DNA of 64,000 bases, taken from the IMG/VR virus record IMGVR_UViG_2681812962_000001, positions 1-64,000 of that record; one strand, written 5' to 3'. Position 1 is the first letter of the stretch, and every line of letters begins with the position of its first letter. The position numbers and the translations under genes were made by a program. Below, in pieces: positions 41,761-51,373 of the stretch. The notes beneath the pieces were generated by a model that was not told where the DNA came from, searched no databases, and saw nothing but the letters and a program-made list of their open reading frames with translations. Origin of the DNA: a virus. Lineage: Duplodnaviria > Caudoviricetes.

Positions 41761-41798
41761 AAAAAAGGGGCGGTTCGTAATTTTTATGAACCGCCCTA
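41761..41798. terminator. Terminator between the convergent lipoprotein and LysM-GH19 genes
   Basis: GGGCGGTTC..GAACCGCCC hairpin with A/T tract. Confidence 0.75.
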
Positions 41799-41806
41799 GT
41801 ATTAAA

Positions 41807-43663
41807 TTAAAATACTTGAATAGCTTTTGCGTAATACATCTCTCGGTTTGCTAAGTGATTTGTACCACCATTTACTCTTAACGTCACAGCTCTTACTGTT
41901 GGATTTGTATCACATAGCGCATTCATATTATTGTTATGCCACCAGAATCCTGCGCTAGTCCATGGATAATGAGAAGCGACATAATTAACACCTTGGTTTA
42001 CTATTTCTGGATCACCAATTGCTTTTGAGAAAGCAGTATAGTTGTAACGACCAGTTAATTGAATATAACCCCCTCCTTTGTACTTTGGACCATCGCCTGG
42101 TTGTGTATTACCTAGTTTAACACCTTTGGATGTATTGTATTCATAATCCCATCCACTGGCTAACTCTGTTCTATATACCCCACATGCTGATTCCTGACTA
42201 CATTGGGCAAGAAAATGAGTGATTCTAGAACGAGTTGTAATATGATATCTTTCTAAACAGCTATTTAAATCTTTTAACATGGCATCTGAAATTTTTGAAC
42301 TTGGCCATCCAATGTGATTTAGCTGACTTTCGGATACATATTTACCTGTTTTACCAGTTCCACCTTTGATTGGAGTCGAAGTATCCTTTCCAGTATCACT
42401 GCCACTACCATTGTCATAAACTTTCAATTTTTGGCCAACCTGAAGCTTGTTCGGATCACTGATACCATTTAACGATTGGATTTGGGACAATGTCATTCCA
42501 AAACGTTGTGCGATGCTACTCAAGTTATCTCCGGATACAACGATATATGTAGTGGTTTTTTGGGTTGGAGTATCCTTCCCACCATCATTGCTGCTACCAT
42601 TATCATAAACTTTTATTCTTTGTCCAATCTGAATTTTATTTGGGTCACTGATATTATTCAAAGATTGAATTTGTGCCACCGTCATGTCATAACGCAGTGC
42701 AATACTACCTAGGTTATCTCCAGATTTAATAGTATAAGTAATGGTTTTACGAGAAGACCCTCCACTTTCAGACCCGCCCGAAGAGGAATAGACTTTCAAT
42801 TTTTGACCAATTTGAAGCTTGTTAGGATCACTAATGTTATTCAATGATTGAATTTGAGCCACTGTCATGCCATATTTCTGTGCAATACTGCCTAGATTAT
42901 CTCCAGATTTAACTGTATATGTAGTAGTCGGGCGAGTAGAACCGCCAGTTGAGCCACCTGAAGAGGCATAAACTTTCAATTTCTGACCAATTTGAAGCTT
43001 GTTTGGATCGCTGATATTGTTCAATGATTGAATCTGAGCTAACGTCATGCCATATTTCTGTGCAATACTGCCTAGGTTGTCTCCAGATCTAACTGTGTAC
43101 GTAGTGGTTGGACGAGTGGAACCGCCTCCCGTAGAACCACCTGAAGTAGAGTAGACCTTCAAATTCTGACCGATTTGAAGCTTATTTGGATCAGTAATGT
43201 TATTCAAAGATTGGATTTGAGCCAGCGTCATGCCGAACTTCTGTGCGATACTGCCTAGATTGTCTCCAGATTTTACTGTGTATGTAGAGGTTGGACGAGT
43301 GGAACCGCCGCCTGTAGAGCCACCTGAAGAAGAATAGACTTTCAATTTCTGACCAATTTGAAGCTTGTTTGGATCAGTAATGTTATTCAAAGATTGGATT
43401 TGAGCCAGCGTCATGCCGAACTTCTGTGCGATGCTGCCCAAATTGTCTCCAGATTTAACAGTATAAGTAGTAGTCGCGCGTGTGGAGTCGCCACCAGTAG
43501 AACCACCAGAAGTGGAGTAGACTTTTAGTTTTTGACCAATCTGAAGTTTATTTGGATCAGAAATGTTATTCAAAGATTGGATTTGAGCCAGCGTCATGCC
43601 GAACTTCTGTGCGATGCTTCCTAGGTTGTCTCCAGATTTAACTGTGTATGTAGTAGTTGCCAA
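41807..43663 (-). CDS. Seven LysM domains plus C-terminal GH19 (chitinase/lysozyme-like) hydrolase
   Basis: 7x YxVKSGDNLGSIA..N..LQIGQKL; HFLAQCSQES, GGGYIQLTGRYNY, SAGFWW, RVNGG; no signal peptide. Confidence 0.88.
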   Translation of the reverse strand: MATTTYTVKSGDNLGSIAQKFGMTLAQIQSLNNISDPNKLQIGQKLKVYSTSGGSTGGDSTRATTTYTVKSGDNLGSIAQKFGMTLAQIQSLNNITDPNKLQIGQKLKVYSSSGGSTGGGSTRPTSTYTVKSGDNLGSIAQKFGMTLAQIQSLNNITDPNKLQIGQNLKVYSTSGGSTGGGSTRPTTTYTVRSGDNLGSIAQKYGMTLAQIQSLNNISDPNKLQIGQKLKVYASSGGSTGGSTRPTTTYTVKSGDNLGSIAQKYGMTVAQIQSLNNISDPNKLQIGQKLKVYSSSGGSESGGSSRKTITYTIKSGDNLGSIALRYDMTVAQIQSLNNISDPNKIQIGQRIKVYDNGSSNDGGKDTPTQKTTTYIVVSGDNLSSIAQRFGMTLSQIQSLNGISDPNKLQVGQKLKVYDNGSGSDTGKDTSTPIKGGTGKTGKYVSESQLNHIGWPSSKISDAMLKDLNSCLERYHITTRSRITHFLAQCSQESACGVYRTELASGWDYEYNTSKGVKLGNTQPGDGPKYKGGGYIQLTGRYNYTAFSKAIGDPEIVNQGVNYVASHYPWTSAGFWWHNNNMNALCDTNPTVRAVTLRVNGGTNHLANREMYYAKAIQVF

Positions 43664-43720
43664 AATTATAACCTCTCTCTTTTTATTAATAGTTGCTGCG
43701 ATTAATTCTGTGTTGTAATT

Positions 43721-44014
43721 TTATTTTACTTGTATGGATATTTTTTTTACCACCTCCTTAAGCTCTTTTCCAGCCTTAAAGGCAGGGGTTTTACCCGAAG
43801 GAATGACCATTTCTTCTTGAGTATGTAGGTTGCGAGCTTTTCGTTCGGCACGATTACGAACTTCAAAAGTACCAAACCCAACCAGTTGCACTTTTTCACC
43901 TTTTGCTAAGGTTTCACTAATTGTTTTGAGTGTGCTTTTAACCGCCGCTTCAGTGTCTTTCTTGGAAATTCCCGTTTTAATTGCTACCTCTTTAATTAAT
44001 TCTGCTTTGTTCAT
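43721..44014 (-). CDS. yonN: HU histone-like DNA-binding protein (start moved to ATG 44014)
   Basis: MNKAELIKEVA..VQLVGFGTFEVRNRAERKARN..PAFKAGK; RBS AAGGAGG. Confidence 0.93.
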   Translation of the reverse strand: MNKAELIKEVAIKTGISKKDTEAAVKSTLKTISETLAKGEKVQLVGFGTFEVRNRAERKARNLHTQEEMVIPSGKTPAFKAGKELKEVVKKISIQVK

Positions 44015-44048
44015 ATTTTGTTCCCTCCTTATCGAATATAATTTTATT

Positions 44049-44933
44049 TTACTTTTTACTAACAAATTTAGTTATGTCTTCAATATTTTCATCGAAGAAG
44101 ATATATTCATTATTGTCTTTGATGTAAAACCCAAGCACATGATCCATTTTAGATTCATTGTCATCCAATACGATATATTGCTTACAAGACTTATCGACTA
44201 TGAAATATTCACCATTAAATTTAAAATTGTTTTCAGTATCTATGTAAGACCAGTTTGATATGTAATCAGCATCTATCGGAATTCTGCCATTTCTGCTTTC
44301 ATGTATAAGTTCTTTGCTAAAGTGTATAGTGCTTCCATCAAACTTAGGGTATTCAGCAGACCATTCACCCGCTTCGTTCTTCTTCAAATCATATGTAAAC
44401 ACATCATCATCACCTACCTCAATGTACTTATCTTTAGTGCTGTAGAGAATATTCATTTTATAAGTTTTAGTATCTCTCCACTTTTTAGCTTTTGCTGAAT
44501 CTCTGTACTCAGCGTTTATAGTGGGGGAGAGCTCTGGGATAATCTCATTTCGGTAATCTTCAATAAGATCTTGGTCAATTGACTCGATTTCAGCAGAATA
44601 GAATCCCTGATCGTTGTTGAATTCAGAATAGCCGTATAAGTAATCATATACACTTTGATTAGCCAAGTTTGATATAACGGTTTCTCGCTTATTAATCGTG
44701 GAGTACTTGTCAGGTGTAAGGATTCCACCTTCCTGAGTTTCACGTAGAAGGTAGTTAGCGCAATCGAGTAACATCTTTCTAGTGCCATGGAAGGTAGTAT
44801 AGTTAGTTATGTAGTTATCGAACTTATCTAATATGTATTGCTGTACCTGATTAACTAATTCAGTACCTGAATCAGAAGCACTTGAGTGTAATGTATGCAT
44901 CCCGCCATTAGGGAGGTCTATTGTAAATATCAC
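44049..44933 (-). CDS. Hypothetical phage protein
   Basis: 294-aa ORF with RBS; co-oriented. Confidence 0.6.
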   Translation of the reverse strand: MIFTIDLPNGGMHTLHSSASDSGTELVNQVQQYILDKFDNYITNYTTFHGTRKMLLDCANYLLRETQEGGILTPDKYSTINKRETVISNLANQSVYDYLYGYSEFNNDQGFYSAEIESIDQDLIEDYRNEIIPELSPTINAEYRDSAKAKKWRDTKTYKMNILYSTKDKYIEVGDDDVFTYDLKKNEAGEWSAEYPKFDGSTIHFSKELIHESRNGRIPIDADYISNWSYIDTENNFKFNGEYFIVDKSCKQYIVLDDNESKMDHVLGFYIKDNNEYIFFDENIEDITKFVSKK

Positions 44934-44981
44934 TTTTATCTACTCCCTCACTTATATATAATCGGTTTTTTTTGATGAAAT

Positions 44982-45710
44982 TTATCCGTTTTGCGTCATG
45001 GTAGCGCATTTCTTACATTTAGACTTAAATCCATTGCTCTTTTGTTTGTCTTTTATAAAGAAATCTTCGGTTAAAGGTAATACCTTTTTGCAATAAATAC
45101 ATTCAGAGTAGTTCCATTCAACTTTAATGTAGTTTTCATCGGCCATTGAGTATTTCCACTGCTTGACATATTGATCTCTGATCTTCTTACAAGCTGTCTT
45201 TAGGTTTTTGGTAATTGCTTGTGCTTTCTGATTATAGAGTAAGGCAATATCAGCTTCTCGTAGTCCTGCTTCAAACAGTCCAATTATCTTTCGTTGCTTA
45301 TGAGATAGCGGTACTTGGTGAATGTAGTAATCTAAATCTCCGTAAACAGCTGAAATTTCTGGATTTGTTTGGGCTAGGTGAGAGGCAGAGATGAATTTTT
45401 CCCAGAGAGAAGGATCATATCTATTCACCATAAGTCTGACAGGCTTAAACTTTATATGTAAAGGTATTTCTCCATCTTGCTGCTTCTTTAAAAAAAGCTC
45501 TTTTCTATGAATGTTAAGTCGCTGTTCGGCGAGCGTTATGGCAATATTGGCTACCTCTTCTAAATCAAACTGTTGAGATGTACTTAATTGATAAAAGTCA
45601 TCGAATTCACTTCTATTTCTAATTAATCCTTCTATTACTTCCTCATCACTGAAGGAAAGAAAGCGGAAGGGATGTTCATGTTTATGTATATCACGTTTAA
45701 CTGCTCCCAT
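44982..45710 (-). CDS. Sigma70 region-4-like HTH protein with C-terminal Zn ribbon (candidate late activator)
   Basis: LSHKQRKII..GLREADIALL..QAITKNLKTACKKI; CIYC..CKKC. Confidence 0.6.
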   Translation of the reverse strand: MGAVKRDIHKHEHPFRFLSFSDEEVIEGLIRNRSEFDDFYQLSTSQQFDLEEVANIAITLAEQRLNIHRKELFLKKQQDGEIPLHIKFKPVRLMVNRYDPSLWEKFISASHLAQTNPEISAVYGDLDYYIHQVPLSHKQRKIIGLFEAGLREADIALLYNQKAQAITKNLKTACKKIRDQYVKQWKYSMADENYIKVEWNYSECIYCKKVLPLTEDFFIKDKQKSNGFKSKCKKCATMTQNG

Positions 45711-45743
45711 TAATTATTCCTCTCATATATAATTTTATTTTAC

Positions 45744-45932
45744 TTAATAAAATAGATTATTCTCAATTTCACGTTTTAATAACTGGTATGTATAACGGCC
45801 GGTGTTAATAGTTCCATTCCATTTGTAGTCCTCATACAATTCTAACTCATCATCATAGGCCAGGTTGTCTTTAATCTTTTCCTCAAGATACTCAATCACC
45901 TCACTTGAAGTAATTATAAAGTTGTATTCCAT
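45744..45932 (-). CDS. yonP: YonP-like small protein
   Basis: Size, position at head of late cluster, ELELYEDYKWNG motif. Confidence 0.5.
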   Translation of the reverse strand: MEYNFIITSSEVIEYLEEKIKDNLAYDDELELYEDYKWNGTINTGRYTYQLLKREIENNLFY

Positions 45933-45966
45933 ACGCTGCCTCCTTCCTTATGTACCTAATAACCTA

Positions 45967-45995
45967 ATTTTATAACGCAACGAAGTATTAGTCAA
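45967..45995 (-). promoter_or_regulatory. SigA promoter driving the leftward yonP/sigma-like operon
   Basis: TTGACT-N17-TAAAAT with AAATAAAATAAAAT just upstream. Confidence 0.7.
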
Positions 45996-46078
45996 TTATA
46001 TTTTATTTTATTTGCTGGACAAGATAAGTAAAATTATGTAATGTTTATTGTGAACAAGTTAACAGGGAGGTGAGACTA

Positions 46079-46243
46079 TTGACTGGAAAAGAACTAAAGA
46101 TGATGAGGATAGGGTTAGACATAAAAGCATGCGATATTGCAAAAAAGCTTGTACTATCTAAACAATACATAAGCATGATGGAGAACGATAAGCGCCCGAT
46201 ACCTGAACACTTATTAAGCAAATGGACTGCACTATTAAAATAG
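46079..46243 (+). CDS. Small XRE-family HTH regulator (54 aa, not in ORF track)
   Basis: MTGKELKMMRIGLDIKACDIAKKLVLSKQYISMMENDKRPIP..; RBS GGAGG, TTG start. Confidence 0.8.
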   Translation: MTGKELKMMRIGLDIKACDIAKKLVLSKQYISMMENDKRPIPEHLLSKWTALLK

Positions 46244-46256
46244 AGGAGAGATATTA

Positions 46257-48455
46257 ATGGAGAACAATTCATTCGAAATACTAGTTAAACCAGTGAGACA
46301 AGTATTTTACGATACAGCAACGGGCTATGGAGTATATGCATGTGATACTAAGGAAAAAAATAAGGTTGAGCTTAACAATTATGGCAACTTTACTATAAAC
46401 GGTAATTTACCATTCAGGTTAAATCTATACAAAGAATATAAAGCAAATGTTAAAAGGGAGAAGGGTAAATATGGAATTAGCTATAAGGTAAATTCAATTT
46501 TCGAGCCTATACCTGAAACAAGAGAGGGACAGATCGAATACCTTAGATACATACTTACAGATAAACAGGTAGAAGAAATACTTAAAGTTCATCCTTCCGG
46601 AAATATACTTAAACTTATCGAAGAAGATAAACTCGATTATAAAAACATCTATGGTATTGGTGTCTTTATTTATGGAAAAATTAAAGACAGAGTAAGAGAG
46701 AGTAAGGAGTACCAAGCGGCTTTTGCATTTCTAGGTAAAGCTTCACTCCCTCAGAACCTAGTTATAAAGTTAATTAAGCATTTCAAGACTTCTGCTCAGC
46801 TTATCTCAGAGATGAAGAAAAATCCATATTGTATCACTCAAGTAAATGGCATAGGGTTTAAAACAGCGGACCCAGTTGCGCAAAGCCTCGGTGTTAAAGC
46901 CAACGATCCTTATAGAATACAAGCAGCAATTGAATATGTAGTTGATCAAGAATCTAATAAAGGTCATGTTTATTGCACTATCGATAAAGCAATTGATGAA
47001 GTACATGCACTTATTAATGTAAACCACACATCAATTAGTGAGCAGATTCATAATACACAAGGTCTCTATGTACATAATGATCGGCTCGCACTTAAGTCCC
47101 TATACAAAGCTGAGAAGACCATATCAGATAAAATAAAACAATTATCAAGTTGTGGTAGTGGCGTTTTAGAACTTGATGTAGAGAGATTTTTAGATGAGGA
47201 AGCAGAGCAGAGTGGCATTCAATTAAGTGAGGAACAGCGAAGTTTCTTCATTAATATGTTTAAATATAACTTTCAATTGCTGGTAGGTAACGCGGGAGCA
47301 GGAAAAAGTATGCTGGTTTCAATTCTAATTAAGATTATCGAAACATTGGGTAAAACGTATTCCATGATGTCTCCAACTGCCAAGGCTGCGAAAGTATTAG
47401 CACAATATACTGATAGGCCAGTTACAACCATACACAAGGCAATTGGAGTGGGATTAAGTCCAGATATGGAAGAAGCCCAGCAGGTAAACAGTGAGTTTGT
47501 AATAGTGGAAGAGACTTCTATGTTGGATTCGGTATTGTGTGCGAAGCTGCTAAGTAAATGCGTAAATCCTAATGTCAGGATACTATTTATTGGCGATAAT
47601 GCACAGATTCCTTCGGTAGGAGCTGGAAACATATTGCACGATCTTATTAATAGTGACATTCCTAAGACAATTCTTACTCAAGTATTCAGACAGAAAGAAG
47701 GGGGCATTTTAGATATAGCAACAAGAACCAGGAAACAGGAGAGATTCCTCGATAATTCAGATAAGGGGATAATTGAATTCGGTAACAACTGTACTATAGC
47801 ATGTGTTCCCCAAGAAAAAATGGAAGATGGGTTTATTTATTACTATAAGAAACTACTTGAAGAATACGATCCTGAAGAGATAATGGCTTTATCACCTACA
47901 AAGAAGAATGGGTTTGGGACAGTCGAAATCAATAAATACATACAATCCGTAGTAAATCCTGAATCAATTGAGAAGAAAGAAATCACTCATGGTCAGGATG
48001 AAGTTACTTTTAGAGTACAAGACTACACTATGAATACAACAAATACTTACAATATCGAGGATGTTCAGGGCGATCTAACTACAATTGTTAATGGTGATAC
48101 CGGTAAAATTATCGATGTTAATCCAGATAAAAAAGAGATTATCGTAGATTTTGGATCTTCTGAGATACCTTTAGAAGCACATCAACTGAAGCAATTGATG
48201 CACTCATGGTGTATAACATTACATAAGAGTCAAGGTTCGGGATCCCCTGCAGTAATAATGCTTATAGACAAATCTCATAAATTTAGCCTTAATACCAATT
48301 TACTGTATACAGGAATTACAAGGGCTAAGGAGAAGCTTATTATTATTACTCAGGCTGAAACTTACAACTATGCGTTAAAGAAAATGACCAATCTTCAAAG
48401 AAATACTTTTCTTAGAGATATGCTAGAAGAACAGGAGCAAGGATTTAGTTTCTAA
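46257..48455 (+). CDS. recD2: RecD2/TraA-family SF1B helicase
   Basis: HhH NPY..GIGFKTAD; GNAGAGKS; VEETSM; IGDNAQIPSVG; TLHKSQG; YTGITRAK. Confidence 0.9.
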   Translation: MENNSFEILVKPVRQVFYDTATGYGVYACDTKEKNKVELNNYGNFTINGNLPFRLNLYKEYKANVKREKGKYGISYKVNSIFEPIPETREGQIEYLRYILTDKQVEEILKVHPSGNILKLIEEDKLDYKNIYGIGVFIYGKIKDRVRESKEYQAAFAFLGKASLPQNLVIKLIKHFKTSAQLISEMKKNPYCITQVNGIGFKTADPVAQSLGVKANDPYRIQAAIEYVVDQESNKGHVYCTIDKAIDEVHALINVNHTSISEQIHNTQGLYVHNDRLALKSLYKAEKTISDKIKQLSSCGSGVLELDVERFLDEEAEQSGIQLSEEQRSFFINMFKYNFQLLVGNAGAGKSMLVSILIKIIETLGKTYSMMSPTAKAAKVLAQYTDRPVTTIHKAIGVGLSPDMEEAQQVNSEFVIVEETSMLDSVLCAKLLSKCVNPNVRILFIGDNAQIPSVGAGNILHDLINSDIPKTILTQVFRQKEGGILDIATRTRKQERFLDNSDKGIIEFGNNCTIACVPQEKMEDGFIYYYKKLLEEYDPEEIMALSPTKKNGFGTVEINKYIQSVVNPESIEKKEITHGQDEVTFRVQDYTMNTTNTYNIEDVQGDLTTIVNGDTGKIIDVNPDKKEIIVDFGSSEIPLEAHQLKQLMHSWCITLHKSQGSGSPAVIMLIDKSHKFSLNTNLLYTGITRAKEKLIIITQAETYNYALKKMTNLQRNTFLRDMLEEQEQGFSF

Positions 48456-48579
48456 AATAAAATAAAACTAAGTGATACGGTTATATAGGAGTCTCTGAGA
48501 CGATATTAATTGTTTCGAGTGTCATTACACTCGGAGACACTACAGCGGCTCTAAGACCCCTTAAAAGTAAAATAAAAGG

Positions 48580-49590
48580 ATGGTCGAATTGAATACAGAT
48601 GGTTTAAAAGAAGGATTAATAATTAAGAACTATAAGGAGCTTTGCTCTTTGTTAAAGATTGAGTTCAAGACGAGTAGTAAAAACAGAGAATACCAACTGA
48701 AGGAGCTCAGCAGATACTGTATGTTCACTAAACAGGGGCATAAGTATCTGATTAATGATGTTTATAATACCCCCCTGCCTAAACAAGACAACAGGGGACT
48801 GAGCAAAGGCAGTCGTGGAAATCGAAATGTATACGGTGATTATCTGCAGATGCTTATATTGGAGCTACTAATAAGAAGTAATTCAGGGAAGGAGCTGCTG
48901 ATTAGTCGTTCCAGACTTATGAAGGCGTTAAAGGTAGTTAACGAAAATTATCATCGATTCATTAATCGGCCAGATAAATTATCAGAAGTGGTGGATATCA
49001 AGACAAGCACCATAAAGGACTTTTATGCCACTACGGATAATAACTTGAAAAATGCTATTGAAACGGCATTAAAGAAGCTGCAAAATAAAAGGTTGCTTAT
49101 GTATAAAACGAGTCAAATAGTAGTTACACAGAACAACGAGCTAAGGGAACCAACATATGAAGAAGCACAATTAATTATGAATCTGGAGAAGACAGTACTT
49201 AATACGATGGGATATGGAGACATAGACAGCGTGAGAAAATCCAGTGGTTGGGAATTATTCAAGGAGAACGTTAAAGAACTATTGGCTAAGAACAGTGAGA
49301 TATCATATTATTTCAATGCTTACCACATTACATTAAATGAGAACCACGCCAATGAAGAGCATCAACAACTAGCCAACCAGACAATTAATGTAGCGCTTGA
49401 AAGTGGAGCTGAGAACGTTAAGAAAGTAAATAAGAAGGTAATTGAGAGTCTTAATAAGAATGCAGCAAGAAGGCATGCAAAAGGATTTCTAAATGGCAAG
49501 AGCGGTAAAGTTAGATCAGAAGAATCTTATCCGAAGGACGTACAAAGCTTAACCTCTATACTGATTGATCGTAAGGCAGATACAATGTAG
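48580..49590 (+). CDS. Putative replication initiator (Rep-like) protein
   Basis: KNYKELC..L N-terminus typical of Firmicute phage/plasmid DNA-binding proteins; followed by iteron-like repeats. Confidence 0.45.
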   Translation: MVELNTDGLKEGLIIKNYKELCSLLKIEFKTSSKNREYQLKELSRYCMFTKQGHKYLINDVYNTPLPKQDNRGLSKGSRGNRNVYGDYLQMLILELLIRSNSGKELLISRSRLMKALKVVNENYHRFINRPDKLSEVVDIKTSTIKDFYATTDNNLKNAIETALKKLQNKRLLMYKTSQIVVTQNNELREPTYEEAQLIMNLEKTVLNTMGYGDIDSVRKSSGWELFKENVKELLAKNSEISYYFNAYHITLNENHANEEHQQLANQTINVALESGAENVKKVNKKVIESLNKNAARRHAKGFLNGKSGKVRSEESYPKDVQSLTSILIDRKADTM

Positions 49591-49952
49591 ATATGTCTTT
49601 TCAAAAGTTCCCGAGGAGAATGGGTAGTAAATATGTGTTTTCATACATTTAGATAGATAATATAAAAAAATATGCCTTTTCAAAGTACCTAATATATATA
49701 TACTTAGGATGTTTGAAAAGGCATATTTTTTGTTTTCTGCCTATGTATTAATATTTAAGACGATTAGTACAAGTGATTTTCTTGTACTAATCAATGTGTT
49801 ATTTTGCGTCCTTTGCAAAGTAACACCCATATTTTACGTAACTTAACTCTGTATATTAGGACTATATATAATACAACTTATCCTACCCGCTTCGCTGCTA
49901 GTCTAAATTGTATTATATATAGTTTTGTCATCCCCGAGTTTCGGGTCTGACA
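49591..49952. repeat. Iteron-like direct repeats and a cluster of long inverted repeats (candidate origin)
   Basis: ATATGYSTTTTCAWA at 49591, 49631, 49670 and inverted at 49712; palindromes at about 49665-49731, 49762-49792, 49861-49923, 49926-49952. Confidence 0.55.
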
Positions 49953-49957
49953 CTTGT

Positions 49958-50164
49958 TTATATGGGGTCTATGGTGTCATACTTACCTGATCTAATGTCC
50001 GCAAGTAGAGGCAGAATGAAGGATTTAAAGTAGGGGAGTCTAACGTGTCTTATTTCAGTAAGGTAGTATATGTATTCTCGATCTGTATTTGTATCTCTGA
50101 AGGTTATAACTCGTTCACCCATGTCTCTTACAACGGAGACTAACTCATAGCGCATATATATCAC
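49958..50164 (-). CDS. Small hypothetical protein
   Basis: RBS AGGAGG; likely start at ATG (MRYEL..). Confidence 0.55.
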   Translation of the reverse strand: MIYMRYELVSVVRDMGERVITFRDTNTDREYIYYLTEIRHVRLPYFKSFILPLLADIRSGKYDTIDPI

Positions 50165-50600
50165 CTCCTATTTAGATGATACATTTATTAGTTTAAGCAG
50201 GTGTTAGGAAAATGTTAAATAAAATTTAGGGAATTAGGGCGCCATATTGAGGATGAGGAAGAAGCCGTTCAATCGTAAAATTGGAGCTTATGGACAAATG
50301 AAGATGCATACTGAGTGATATGATTAGGCTAGATGGAGGCATATGAAGATTATTGAATCGCAGGATAGTTGGTATAAACGAATATTAAGACATGTGGAGA
50401 TAAAAAGAGGGAGAGATAATAGTAAGTGGAGGAGGAGATATATGCATAGATCAGGAGGCTGACGATTGAGTTGACGATTAAAATGGGAACCGGGCAAGGG
50501 AAAACGCAAAAATAGTAGAGGTGTGTAAATGTAAGAGCTACAGGAATATTTGGGATAAGAAGCTGAATTTTGGATGTTTTTGTACCCCCCTTACACTAAA

Positions 50601-50632
50601 AACCTGCGCATAAGATACGTTATGCGCAGGTT
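50601..50632. other. dif/loxP-like palindromic recombination site (13-6-13)
   Basis: AACCTGCGCATAA-GATACG-TTATGCGCAGGTT. Confidence 0.55.
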
Positions 50633-50892
50633 ATGGTTAATATTGGTAATTGTATGTATTTAGAGAATCCAGTTTTCAGAGCCGAGGAAGTAGCTTTTTT
50701 TAAAAATAGATTGTTAACAGTCAGCTTGCTCCATAGGGCGTTAATGCTTTTGAAATCGTATTGTAACAGCGGCTGGGATTCCGACTACATCTATACTCAC
50801 TTTATACAATACAACTATATTTATTAATCTATAAATCCATCTATCATATCAAATATTTACTTAATAAATAAACAAGTAAAATAAAATAATTA

Positions 50893-50921
50893 TTGTAATT
50901 GTATCGATTTTCCTGTATAAT
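50893..50921 (+). promoter_or_regulatory. SigA promoter of the yonT-like gene
   Basis: TTGTAA-N17-TATAAT, then RBS AGGAGG. Confidence 0.7.
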
Positions 50922-50944
50922 ATTACTTATAGGAGGTGGTAATA

Positions 50945-51109
50945 ATGTTTGATTTAATCTTGCTCTACGTAGCCAAAGTTACAGCAATCCTGCTAGCTTT
51001 CATCACAATAGCAGAGAAAGTCCAAAACATGGCATACAAGAAACAAGAAAAGCGTTCCAAACGTAAGCGCTCGGCGACCAACCAAAAACGCAAACGTAAG
51101 AAACGCTAA
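50945..51109 (+). CDS. yonT: YonT-like type I toxin (54 aa, not in ORF track)
   Basis: MFDLILLYVAKVTAILLAFITIAEKV..KRSKRKR..KRKRKKR: TM helix, TIxEKV, basic tail. Confidence 0.75.
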   Translation: MFDLILLYVAKVTAILLAFITIAEKVQNMAYKKQEKRSKRKRSATNQKRKRKKR

Positions 51110-51160
51110 TCAAATCATTATCTAGGGAAGGGGTTAAAAACCCTTTCCCATATCACTTAT
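51060..51160 (-). ncRNA. Putative SR6-like antisense antitoxin RNA (ends approximate)
   Basis: Minus-strand TTGCAT-N18-(TG)TATATT at 51194-51165; hairpin about 51125-51149; would overlap the toxin 3' end. Confidence 0.4.
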
Positions 51161-51197
51161 CTATAATATAACACCTTATAAGGAGTGTATGCAAGCA

Positions 51198-51373
51198 TGA
51201 AGAAACTAATACAATATTCCTCTAAATACTCATTTTTTGTATTCGTATTACTTTATCTTACTATACGTGATTATCCTTTTGGAGATACCTTACAGACAAT
51301 AGCGGATATAGCTTTACTTGTTGCAACTATAGTCACCATCATTTCAATTGTAGTTGAAAGACGTACCAAATAA
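51198..51373 (+). CDS. yoyJ: YoyJ-like two-TM membrane protein
   Basis: Directly downstream of the yonT-like gene as in SPbeta; two hydrophobic segments. Confidence 0.55.

Noticed and set aside
42420-43660. Tandem ~185-bp DNA repeats as a CRISPR or non-coding array
   Set aside because: They encode in-frame LysM domains; no unique spacers or cas genes
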